Virus record (IMG/VR): IMGVR_UViG_3300029787_000051
Coordinates: 1 to 57,569 of that record
Length of the DNA: 57,569 bases
Source: a virus
Lineage: Duplodnaviria; Caudoviricetes
Reading direction: 5' to 3' (one strand)
How positions within the stretch are numbered: position 1 is the stretch's first letter; the number at the start of each line of letters is the position of its first letter. A program made the translations under genes and the position numbers. Shown here one piece after another: positions 1 to 7,659 of this stretch. The notes below the pieces were generated by a model. That model was not told where the DNA came from and ran no database searches. It saw only the letters and a list, made by a program, of their open reading frames with translations.

Positions 1-132
1 CCAACTATCGTTGAAAAGGTAAAGGCATATTGATATGAAAAGAATTGTCCATGTTAATCAACATGTTATCAAAGCTAATCGTAGGTACTACGAAGAGAAG
101 CCTCCGCTTACTTGTAAGACCTACAAGGATAC
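1..132. repeat. Left copy of 132-bp end overlap (assembly circularisation)
   Basis: Matches 57438-57569 except at positions 79, 88, 94, 97, 103. Confidence 0.95.
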
Positions 133-265
133 CATTTATGGTAGCACCGTAGAATTTTCTGGCGGTGCGAAGGTAGTGTATCGTCCGAACAAACCGCTAT
201 CATGTGGGGCGCACGTGTGGATTGAAACACATGATCCAATAACAGTAGACGGGAAAGAGTTATGA
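35..265 (+). CDS. Hypothetical phage protein
   Basis: Follows the stop of the Gp88-like gene across the junction; all differences between the two copies are synonymous in this frame. Confidence 0.85.
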   Translation: MKRIVHVNQHVIKANRRYYEEKPPLTCKTYKDTIYGSTVEFSGGAKVVYRPNKPLSCGAHVWIETHDPITVDGKEL

Positions 266-567
266 AAATTATATACCATAAGCTAATGCTCAAAGTTAAA
301 CACAGGCTATGGTACACTTGGCATTGCACGTTGCGATCCTACTTTGATCGTAAATTCTACAACACCAATTACTATGGCGAGAACCACGCATGGTGGATGC
401 TATGCTGCAACGGTAATGCTGGCGGCTGGCGTACTGATTTTTGTGATAGTCTTGAAGACTATTACACTGGCTGGCGTTACCATGAAAGTGTGTTGGATGA
501 GTTAGGAGCTTTTGGTGAGCCTAATATGTATGATGTTGAAGATCATTCTTGGGATGTCGAACCATGA
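262..567 (+). CDS. Hypothetical protein
   Basis: ATGA overlaps with both neighbours. Confidence 0.65.
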   Translation: MKIIYHKLMLKVKHRLWYTWHCTLRSYFDRKFYNTNYYGENHAWWMLCCNGNAGGWRTDFCDSLEDYYTGWRYHESVLDELGAFGEPNMYDVEDHSWDVEP

Positions 568-728
568 GCCTTGATCCGCAACAGCAAATGACCGCCGAAC
601 AATGGTATGATGAGGCCATCAAAGATGGCTTATCTGAGGGCGAAGCCAAGCACTATGTGAACTGGCAGATTGAAAGCGATGGCGCAGGTTCTTTGCCTGA
701 TTGGAAACAGTGGGGGAGAATGGCATGA
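564..728 (+). CDS. Small hypothetical protein, 54 aa (MSLDPQQQ...), not in ORF track
   Basis: Fills the gap with ATGA overlaps at both ends. Confidence 0.7.
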   Translation: MSLDPQQQMTAEQWYDEAIKDGLSEGEAKHYVNWQIESDGAGSLPDWKQWGRMA

Positions 729-988
729 CCGATGACTTTGATCCTAAGTATATGAAAATGCTACACAAATTTGATAAGGATATCTCACGTGAGATTAACA
801 ACGTGCTTGATCCTGACGAAATTCAGACGGCATTTCTAGCGAGTGGTGTACTACTCAAACACGCCATGCAAATATATGCAATGGTTCTCACAGATGATGC
901 CATTGCTAACGTGCTGGACAATGCGTTTGAAACATTGCCAGAACTACGTGCTAACTTCATGGCACCCGAAGACGAAACAATCCATTAG
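725..988 (+). CDS. Hypothetical protein
   Basis: GGGAG SD before ATG 725; start moved from 701. Confidence 0.75.
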   Translation: MTDDFDPKYMKMLHKFDKDISREINNVLDPDEIQTAFLASGVLLKHAMQIYAMVLTDDAIANVLDNAFETLPELRANFMAPEDETIH

Positions 989-1053
989 TATATAGTGATA
1001 CTTAAATGAAATGAAAGTATCACGTATATACGTAAACTAGTCCAACGTTGGAC
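988..1053 (+). promoter_or_regulatory. Bulged long hairpin (988-1031) plus palindrome GTCCAACGTTGGAC (1040-1053)
   Basis: gtatata-gtgatactt / aagtatcac-G-tatatac, then gtaaacta and the palindrome; same layout as 55847-55911. Confidence 0.75.
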
Positions 1054-1077
1054 CAACCAGTGAAAGGAGATTCACAT

Positions 1078-1491
1078 ATGAAAAATTACTTACAGGTTAA
1101 GCTGTTCAAGCTGCGCAAGTTTCTTGGTGTTGCCCGTGTTAGCGGTTACGTTATTACTACGGACAAAGCATACAAGCTACAGCATGGAGCGAATGTTGTA
1201 CGTGAGATCGACAACGTGATCAACCTACGTAAGAACCAGCGCATGTTCTACATTGAGCATCGTGTTACTCGCCATACCAAGCCGACCATTGATCGTACTA
1301 ACAAGTATGATTTCAATTGGCGTGGCGAATACTTTGTTGGCATGACACCTGACGGTAAGTTCTTGCAAGTCAATGACGGCAAGCACGTTGAGTACTACAG
1401 CAATTCCTTCTGGAATGTGTATCGTATTGTGTCACGGCCCGATGCTGCTGGTAAGGTAAGCGATTACATCATTCACAAAGTGGGTGCATAA
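1078..1491 (+). CDS. Hypothetical protein
   Basis: AAGGAG SD before ATG 1078. Confidence 0.85.
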   Translation: MKNYLQVKLFKLRKFLGVARVSGYVITTDKAYKLQHGANVVREIDNVINLRKNQRMFYIEHRVTRHTKPTIDRTNKYDFNWRGEYFVGMTPDGKFLQVNDGKHVEYYSNSFWNVYRIVSRPDAAGKVSDYIIHKVGA

Positions 1492-1709
1492 TGTGGTGGC
1501 TTGTAACCTATCAGGTAGAGCATGTTATCCCTGACTGTGATGCACCCGTACCCGGACAGAAACTACACTGCCGGGTACATGGGTCGCGTAACATACCTGA
1601 TTGGCAAGCGGCAGTGGAATATGTTTTCACTGCTGCGCAAGCCAGTGGTGGTAGGAATCCAGAACTTATTGCGGTAGAGGAGTACCCCAATGGCGCAACA
1701 ATGCACTGA
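1491..1709 (+). CDS. Hypothetical protein
   Basis: TAATG coupling to upstream gene. Confidence 0.65.
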   Translation: MWWLVTYQVEHVIPDCDAPVPGQKLHCRVHGSRNIPDWQAAVEYVFTAAQASGGRNPELIAVEEYPNGATMH

Positions 1710-1989
1710 TGAATATCAGTATATCGCCATAGACTTTTGGTATGGTGGTGAGAAGATGTCTGATCTAATCACGCACTTCAAGCTGACAGATGTAGAACAA
1801 GAGTTCGATCCTATCCCAAAGCGTACCCATCATAGGATACGACAGGCGTTATCGTCTGTTGACATGACAGTATGGAAAGATGGTACAGTGGCAGAAGTTT
1901 ATGTATCAAGCCATCATAAGCCTAGAGGCTGGCGTATGCCTATATGGTATGATCGTGTGAATAATCTTTGGATGGAAAGGGAAGATTAA
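1690..1989 (+). CDS. Hypothetical protein
   Basis: GAGGAG SD; TAATG coupling downstream. Confidence 0.7.
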   Translation: MAQQCTDEYQYIAIDFWYGGEKMSDLITHFKLTDVEQEFDPIPKRTHHRIRQALSSVDMTVWKDGTVAEVYVSSHHKPRGWRMPIWYDRVNNLWMERED

Positions 1990-2483
1990 TGTTAGCTAAA
2001 GAGCTACTCTTGGTCGGTATGCTTATGGGTGTAACCCATGAGGAAGTTACATGCTTGGCTGAGAACATGTACTATGAGGCACGTAACCAATCGTTTGCAG
2101 GGCAACTTGCCGTTTCAAACGTGGTGATGAACCGTGTCGCTGATGACCGCTACCCCGACACAATCTGTGAGGTTGTGAAGCAAGGGCCAGTGCGTCCATC
2201 ATGGAAAGGTACAGGTAAAATGATACCTGTGCGTAATCGCTGCCAGTTTAGTTGGTGGTGCGATGGTAAGTCAGATGAACCCAGAGATATAGAGACATAC
2301 GATGAGCTATATGATTTAGCTACACATATACTTTATCAGGCTATGCCTTACCTCGACATAACAGAAGGTGCTACGCACTATCATGCTGATTATGTGACAC
2401 CATCATGGGCAGCAACCAAGACCCGAACTGTCGAGATCGAAGATCATATCTTTTACAGGTGGGATTATGCAGACATTCAATAA
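1989..2483 (+). CDS. Cell wall hydrolase, SleB/Hydrolase_2 family
   Basis: CLAENMYYEAR, VVMNRV, YPDTICEVVKQ, CQFSWWCDG, GATHYHADYVTPSWA, HIFY motifs. Confidence 0.92.
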   Translation: MLAKELLLVGMLMGVTHEEVTCLAENMYYEARNQSFAGQLAVSNVVMNRVADDRYPDTICEVVKQGPVRPSWKGTGKMIPVRNRCQFSWWCDGKSDEPRDIETYDELYDLATHILYQAMPYLDITEGATHYHADYVTPSWAATKTRTVEIEDHIFYRWDYADIQ

Positions 2484-2721
2484 GATTACGCCTACACATA
2501 CATACGATTGGTATATTAAGTGGGCGGCAACACTAGTGTTGATGGTTGGTATGATCACAACATCACAAAATATATACCCGCTTAACTTGTTCGTAAACCT
2601 TATAGGTTTAGTTGGGTGGTTAGTTGTAGGTATAGCATGGCATGACCGTGCTTTAATTGCAATCAATGCCGTTGGCATTTCAATCTATTCTGAAGGGATA
2701 CTTGCATGGATGATGAAGTAG
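2467..2721 (+). CDS. Small multi-pass membrane protein (DUF6552-like)
   Basis: Hydrophobic helices; KW...NIYP.N...GW...W.DRALI pattern. Confidence 0.7.
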   Translation: MQTFNKITPTHTYDWYIKWAATLVLMVGMITTSQNIYPLNLFVNLIGLVGWLVVGIAWHDRALIAINAVGISIYSEGILAWMMK

Positions 2722-3107
2722 ATGACCTGCTGGATATACCAGCATTTCTTAAACGTGACCCAACTGAGAAGCTCACCGTTCAGCCCATCGAAGATGAGCC
2801 AAAAGAAAAAGGAGAAGAGTCTTGGAAAATTTTGCTGCGACAACATCAAGAAAAGAAACAAGCTCTTGTTGACAGGCGCAATGAACTAGCGCAGCAGCGT
2901 AAAGAAAAAGCGCAAAGAAAGCGTGATAAAGCAGAGGCTTACGAGCGTTTCTTAAGGTGGGTGGATCGTCAAGGAGTAGCCTTTTCTTTTATAGGTATAA
3001 AAAAGAACTTGACTATGGATGAGAAAGCTATAAGATCGTGCTTACGAAAAGCACTTAAGCAAGGTCACGTAGTTAAACATAATCGCAGACTGTACAAGAA
3101 AGGATGA
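2706..3107 (+). CDS. Protein with N-terminal FtsZ-tail-like peptide, coiled coil and possible C-terminal winged HTH
   Basis: LLDIPAFLKR; charged helical middle; basic helix-helix-hairpin C-terminus. Confidence 0.7.
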   Translation: MDDEVDDLLDIPAFLKRDPTEKLTVQPIEDEPKEKGEESWKILLRQHQEKKQALVDRRNELAQQRKEKAQRKRDKAEAYERFLRWVDRQGVAFSFIGIKKNLTMDEKAIRSCLRKALKQGHVVKHNRRLYKKG

Positions 3108-3194
3108 AAATAATGATATCTGTAGCCCTCACTGCACTTGGCTTTTTATTGCTTCATGCTGCTGTAAATAATCTTTATTAGAAGGAGAACTGAT

Positions 3195-4064
3195 ATGCCT
3201 TTAGATCAAACAAGTGAGTTGCAATTCCTCCCTGAGTTGCCTGATGTTCTGAACTTTGAGCCTGTTGTTGAGCAACAGATGCGCAATGGCAGCAAGGTTG
3301 AGGGACATTTCTGGACTGTCAACCCTCTAACCGATAGGGTTATTGGTACTAGTAAGACACGGCACAAGCCACGCAATTTCGTAGAAATGTGGAATAGCCT
3401 AGACGCTGGACTCGCCGCATCTGATTTGGATGTTAGCGATTGTGATGTTCACATCCATGATGGACCTGATGGTGCAACCATGAGAGCATCAGTTGTCCTC
3501 AAGAGATACGACTTTGAAAGAGTAGTTGGCGAACCCACTAAGCTCTTGGTTAAGGTAGCCGATAGCCACAACCAAACGGTACAACGTGTGGTTAAGGCAT
3601 TACTCTATCGCTTATGGTGTGAGAACGGGCAGAGTTCTATACATGAGAACATTGGTTTCTCACAGAAACATACGATTAACCAAGACCCGATTAAGTTGGG
3701 CGAGGTAGCATCCTCATGGCCTGAGAAGCTGATGAAAGAAGCTGCGCTTCACGCTAAGATGCGTACCTTAAAGGTATCCGATGAAACTACACTAGATTTC
3801 TTTACCAAGAATATAGCCACTAGCCGTGGTGTTACTGGTGTAACTGTCAACAAGCAAGCTCTGAAAGAGACTATGGAAATATGGAAAGGGTACAGGTCAC
3901 TTGGACCTACCGTGTTCCGTATCTACAATACACTCACACACATTAGCTCTCACGTTGAGGCGAAGACAAAAGGTACAAACTTGCACCGCAAGATTGCACG
4001 GGAAGAACAACGCATCGAAGAAGTATTGCGAGGTAATGACTTCCAGAAATTGTTAGCAGCATGA
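3195..4064 (+). CDS. DUF932-family phage/plasmid protein
   Basis: DSHN...RLWCENG...KHT and YNTLTHISSH motifs; AAGGAG SD. Confidence 0.8.
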   Translation: MPLDQTSELQFLPELPDVLNFEPVVEQQMRNGSKVEGHFWTVNPLTDRVIGTSKTRHKPRNFVEMWNSLDAGLAASDLDVSDCDVHIHDGPDGATMRASVVLKRYDFERVVGEPTKLLVKVADSHNQTVQRVVKALLYRLWCENGQSSIHENIGFSQKHTINQDPIKLGEVASSWPEKLMKEAALHAKMRTLKVSDETTLDFFTKNIATSRGVTGVTVNKQALKETMEIWKGYRSLGPTVFRIYNTLTHISSHVEAKTKGTNLHRKIAREEQRIEEVLRGNDFQKLLAA

Positions 4065-4957
4065 GGGCAGTTGCTGAACTTGTAGATGATTATCTTTTAT
4101 CCAGCAACTTCAACGCTTTACGTGACAGAACCAAGCAAGATTATCGCAGGTTTATTAGGCAAGCAATCTGCACAGAGGTAGAGGGCGTACTGCTACGGCA
4201 GCGTCCTCTTACCATGAGTGGCTGCAATGCCAAACGTCACTACGAAATGTGGCTAGATAGAGGTGTGCCTACAGCGAACCATATCTCATCTGTTATCAGG
4301 CTCATCTTCAACTATGGTATTGAGATGGGGTACTGCGATAGCAATCCATTCAAAGCCTTCAAGCGACAGGCTACACATACACGTACTGTAATGTGGGAAC
4401 CCGAAGATGTACGTAAGTTCCTTGATGCAGCGTACTCAAAGTTTCACTGGCGTAATGTAGGTATCATTGCCCATACTGCGTACGATTTGTGTCAACGTGT
4501 GGGTGACATGCGTATGCTTGAGTGGAGTTGGTTTGACTTTGATAAACACGTACTGCACTTACAGCAATCAAAGCGTAGGGCAGAGGTACACCTGCCTATC
4601 AACGATGAACTGTGGGACATGTTGCTACAGCAAGAGGTGGACTATGGCTTCCAGAAATACGTAGCACCGAAACCTAAGTCAGATGGTTGGGGGTTCAAGC
4701 CATACTCTGATCAGTATCTGTCAAGGGTAGCGCGTAAGATTATGCAGGAAGCAGAGCTACCAGATACACTACGTATATCCGACTTGCGTAGGACAGGTAC
4801 AGTTGAGATGGTCGAGGCTGGTGTTCCAATGGGACAGATCATGTCTGTTACAGGACACGCTAACCCACAAAGTGTTAAGCCTTACATGAAGGCTACGTAT
4901 ACGGCAGCTAATGCTGCGTTAACAACTAGAAGGTCCAACGTTGGACCAAAGGAGTAG
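4061..4957 (+). CDS. int: Tyrosine recombinase/integrase
   Basis: Catalytic pattern QRVGD (R), QSKR (K), SDLRRTG (R), TGH, KPY (Y). Confidence 0.9.
   Translation: MRAVAELVDDYLLSSNFNALRDRTKQDYRRFIRQAICTEVEGVLLRQRPLTMSGCNAKRHYEMWLDRGVPTANHISSVIRLIFNYGIEMGYCDSNPFKAFKRQATHTRTVMWEPEDVRKFLDAAYSKFHWRNVGIIAHTAYDLCQRVGDMRMLEWSWFDFDKHVLHLQQSKRRAEVHLPINDELWDMLLQQEVDYGFQKYVAPKPKSDGWGFKPYSDQYLSRVARKIMQEAELPDTLRISDLRRTGTVEMVEAGVPMGQIMSVTGHANPQSVKPYMKATYTAANAALTTRRSNVGPKE
4932..4947. promoter_or_regulatory. Perfect palindrome GGTCCAACGTTGGACC at the int 3' end, abutting the primase SD
   Basis: One of six copies of the motif. Confidence 0.75.
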
Positions 4958-4958
4958 C

Positions 4959-5735
4959 ATGGATATCAAACAATTTGTTACTGATCTTGATCTCGCACAT
5001 GAAGAAACCAAACGCATGAACTGCCCTGTATGTGGGGGCATTAAAACTTTCACCGCAACTAACAGCATGGGTTCCTTACTCTGGAACTGCTACAAAGCTA
5101 CATGTCATGTAGGTGGGCAGACACGTATCCGTATGTCAGCAGAAGATTTGCAGAAGGTGCATAGTCGCACCAAGAGTACGGAAAGTATTACCGAACTAGA
5201 GCCACCCCCTTACTGGACTATACCTACAACAGAAGATGTACCATCTTTCTATAGGCATTGTGACGCATACAACTTTGACCCCGAAAAGATTGGGCTAACG
5301 TATGATGTCAAAGAGAATCGCATTGTGTATCCCATATACCACAAAGGCATACTCGTTGACGCATGTGGCAAGTCGCTAAGTAAACGGCTACCTAAATGGA
5401 AACGATATGGTAAGTCACAGATACCTTACACATATGGTAGAGATATCACAGGAACTGTGGTTGTGGTAGAAGATTGCATCAGTGCTACTGTTGTGGGTGA
5501 CATAGGCTTGACAGGTCTAGCGTTGCTAGGTACAAACCTACTTGATGTACACCGCACAGTCATATCAAAATACAGCAAGGCAATCATTGCGTTGGATCGT
5601 GATGCGTTACCTAAACTAATGAGCATGGCAAAAGAGCTACGTCCTATCGTAGATAGTGTGCAGGTCATGCGCCTTAACGATGATGTTAAGTACCAGCATC
5701 CAGATGACATGAACTATTTAAGAGGAGAAGTATAG
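4959..5735 (+). CDS. DNA primase (Zn ribbon plus TOPRIM)
   Basis: CPVC...WNCYKATC; VVVEDCISA, ALDRDA; AAGGAG SD before ATG 4959. Confidence 0.9.
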   Translation: MDIKQFVTDLDLAHEETKRMNCPVCGGIKTFTATNSMGSLLWNCYKATCHVGGQTRIRMSAEDLQKVHSRTKSTESITELEPPPYWTIPTTEDVPSFYRHCDAYNFDPEKIGLTYDVKENRIVYPIYHKGILVDACGKSLSKRLPKWKRYGKSQIPYTYGRDITGTVVVVEDCISATVVGDIGLTGLALLGTNLLDVHRTVISKYSKAIIALDRDALPKLMSMAKELRPIVDSVQVMRLNDDVKYQHPDDMNYLRGEV

Positions 5736-6958
5736 TGGAACTATCCCTAATCAGAAGCCTCATGGACAAGCCTTTCTATGAGAATCATAGAGGAGCGCAA
5801 TGCCCAGATAAGCTGTTCTCCAAAGACGTAGGTAAGATCAAGCGTGTCATTGATGTTGCAATGTCTAGGTACAACAGAGATATTACACCCAACGAAGTTG
5901 AAGCATTGTTCTTTAGCAGCAACCCATCCCTAACTACAGCGCAGAAAGAAGACTATACATCTATCTTCAAGCGGGTACGTGCAGAGAAACCTATGGGTGA
6001 AGACGTTGCAGAGGAAGTGTTATCAAAACTATTCCAACAAGTTGTTGGCGAGGAGATTGCTAACATAGGCTTCGACTACGTGAACGGTTCACAGTCTACG
6101 CTTGAACCTTTGCGCAACTTGCTTGAGCAATACAGTGATGACTTCCTACCCAATGTCAATATCGAATGGGATGATATCACAGTTGACAACCTCTTAGCAC
6201 AGAATGATCTTGAAGCTAGGTGGACTTTCAATATACCTACACTTGCCAGCCGTGTTGCTGGTGTAAATGACGGGCATCTAATTGAGGTAGGCGCACGGCC
6301 CAACACTGGCAAGACATCCTTTCATGCATCTCTTGTTGCTGGACCTAATGGCTTTGCATGGCAAGGTGCTAAGTGTATGGTGCTATGCAACGAGGAAGCC
6401 TTCCATCGCGTAGGTGCTAGGTATCTTACGGCTGCATCAGGTATAACCTTGCAAGAGGTTGTGAAGAACAAAGATGCTGCCATTGAATTGTATGATCAAA
6501 TACGTGACAATATTCTAATGAAGGATATAACTGGGCGCGACATGTCTTGGGTTGAGACTGTAGTTAAGTCATATGAACCCGACATTGTTATCCTTGACAT
6601 GGGTGACAAGTTCGCAAACTTCTCCGCATATGCACGTACAGATGAAGCGTTGAAAGCTAACGCAATCTATGCTAGGATCATCGCCAAAGAGTATGGTTGT
6701 GCTATATTCTACATGTCTCAACTAAGTGCAGAGGCAGAGGGTAAGATCACATTGAACCAAGCAATGATGGAAGGATCACGTACTGGTAAGGCAGCGGAAG
6801 CTGACCTGATGGTACTGATAGCAAAGAACCCCTCTATTGAGGGGCAAGATGAAGAGGATCGCCAACGTCACCTTAACGTAGTTAAGAATAAGTTGACGGG
6901 TTGGCATGGTATTGTGCATTGCAATCTTGAATATGAAATAGCGAGGTACGTAGTATGA
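5735..6958 (+). CDS. Replicative DnaB-like (SF4) helicase
   Basis: GARPNTGKT Walker A, VILD Walker B, MSQLS, ADLM, KNK. Confidence 0.93.
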   Translation: MELSLIRSLMDKPFYENHRGAQCPDKLFSKDVGKIKRVIDVAMSRYNRDITPNEVEALFFSSNPSLTTAQKEDYTSIFKRVRAEKPMGEDVAEEVLSKLFQQVVGEEIANIGFDYVNGSQSTLEPLRNLLEQYSDDFLPNVNIEWDDITVDNLLAQNDLEARWTFNIPTLASRVAGVNDGHLIEVGARPNTGKTSFHASLVAGPNGFAWQGAKCMVLCNEEAFHRVGARYLTAASGITLQEVVKNKDAAIELYDQIRDNILMKDITGRDMSWVETVVKSYEPDIVILDMGDKFANFSAYARTDEALKANAIYARIIAKEYGCAIFYMSQLSAEAEGKITLNQAMMEGSRTGKAAEADLMVLIAKNPSIEGQDEEDRQRHLNVVKNKLTGWHGIVHCNLEYEIARYVV

Positions 6959-7659
6959 GTAAGAATGTTTTAATTCCTAAACGTGATGGAGAAAACTTCC
7001 AGTTCTTCACGCCATTCGGCCCTACTGTAGGGTATATGAAGTTAAGTGATGAACTTGTAGGCACACTTAATAGTTTAATTGACGACCATGATAGCGGCGG
7101 CAATATGATGCCTGACTATTCAGATCAGCTTGTCGGTAAAGTTGGAGAAGAACTTTTCATTGAAAAGAAAATTTTAACTGGTCCCATTGGTGAAGAGATA
7201 AAAGATTTTGTAGCAAACTGGTGGTTGTATTCTCGCTCAAGGCAAGAGCTTAAGCAAGTATCCTTTAAGGATGATACAGAATACATGATAGATATTCAAA
7301 GTGGCTGGATAGTTAGGCAGTACCAGCATGAGTATAATCCTATACATATTCACACAGGCTGTGAGTTTTCTTGCATTGGCTACTTAAAGATGCCAGATGA
7401 TATAGAAGATGAGTTCAAAAAGGATTGGGAAGATCATCATCCAACGCACGGCATGACTCAATTTGTTTTTGGCAATCAGCTTGGGCATGTAACTAATAAC
7501 TTTTTTATTAGGCCACAAGTTGGTGACTTCTACTTCTTTCCTGCATCACTACAACATATGGTATACCCATTCTATTGTGAAGGTGAGCGCAGAGCTTTCA
7601 GTCTTAATGTAAACTTTAACTCCAGAGAGAAGGAGATTGGGGATGAAGCTAGTACTTGA
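6955..7659 (+). CDS. 2OG-Fe(II) oxygenase-like protein (TIGR02466-type)
   Basis: EYNPIHIH, YFFPASLQHMVYPF, ERRAFSLN. Confidence 0.8.
   Translation: MSKNVLIPKRDGENFQFFTPFGPTVGYMKLSDELVGTLNSLIDDHDSGGNMMPDYSDQLVGKVGEELFIEKKILTGPIGEEIKDFVANWWLYSRSRQELKQVSFKDDTEYMIDIQSGWIVRQYQHEYNPIHIHTGCEFSCIGYLKMPDDIEDEFKKDWEDHHPTHGMTQFVFGNQLGHVTNNFFIRPQVGDFYFFPASLQHMVYPFYCEGERRAFSLNVNFNSREKEIGDEAST

Noticed and set aside
4061-4957. Calling a bona fide integron
   Set aside because: No attI recognised, the core-like motifs are not at the hairpin bases as in attC, and most early genes lack a module; kept only as a hypothesis.
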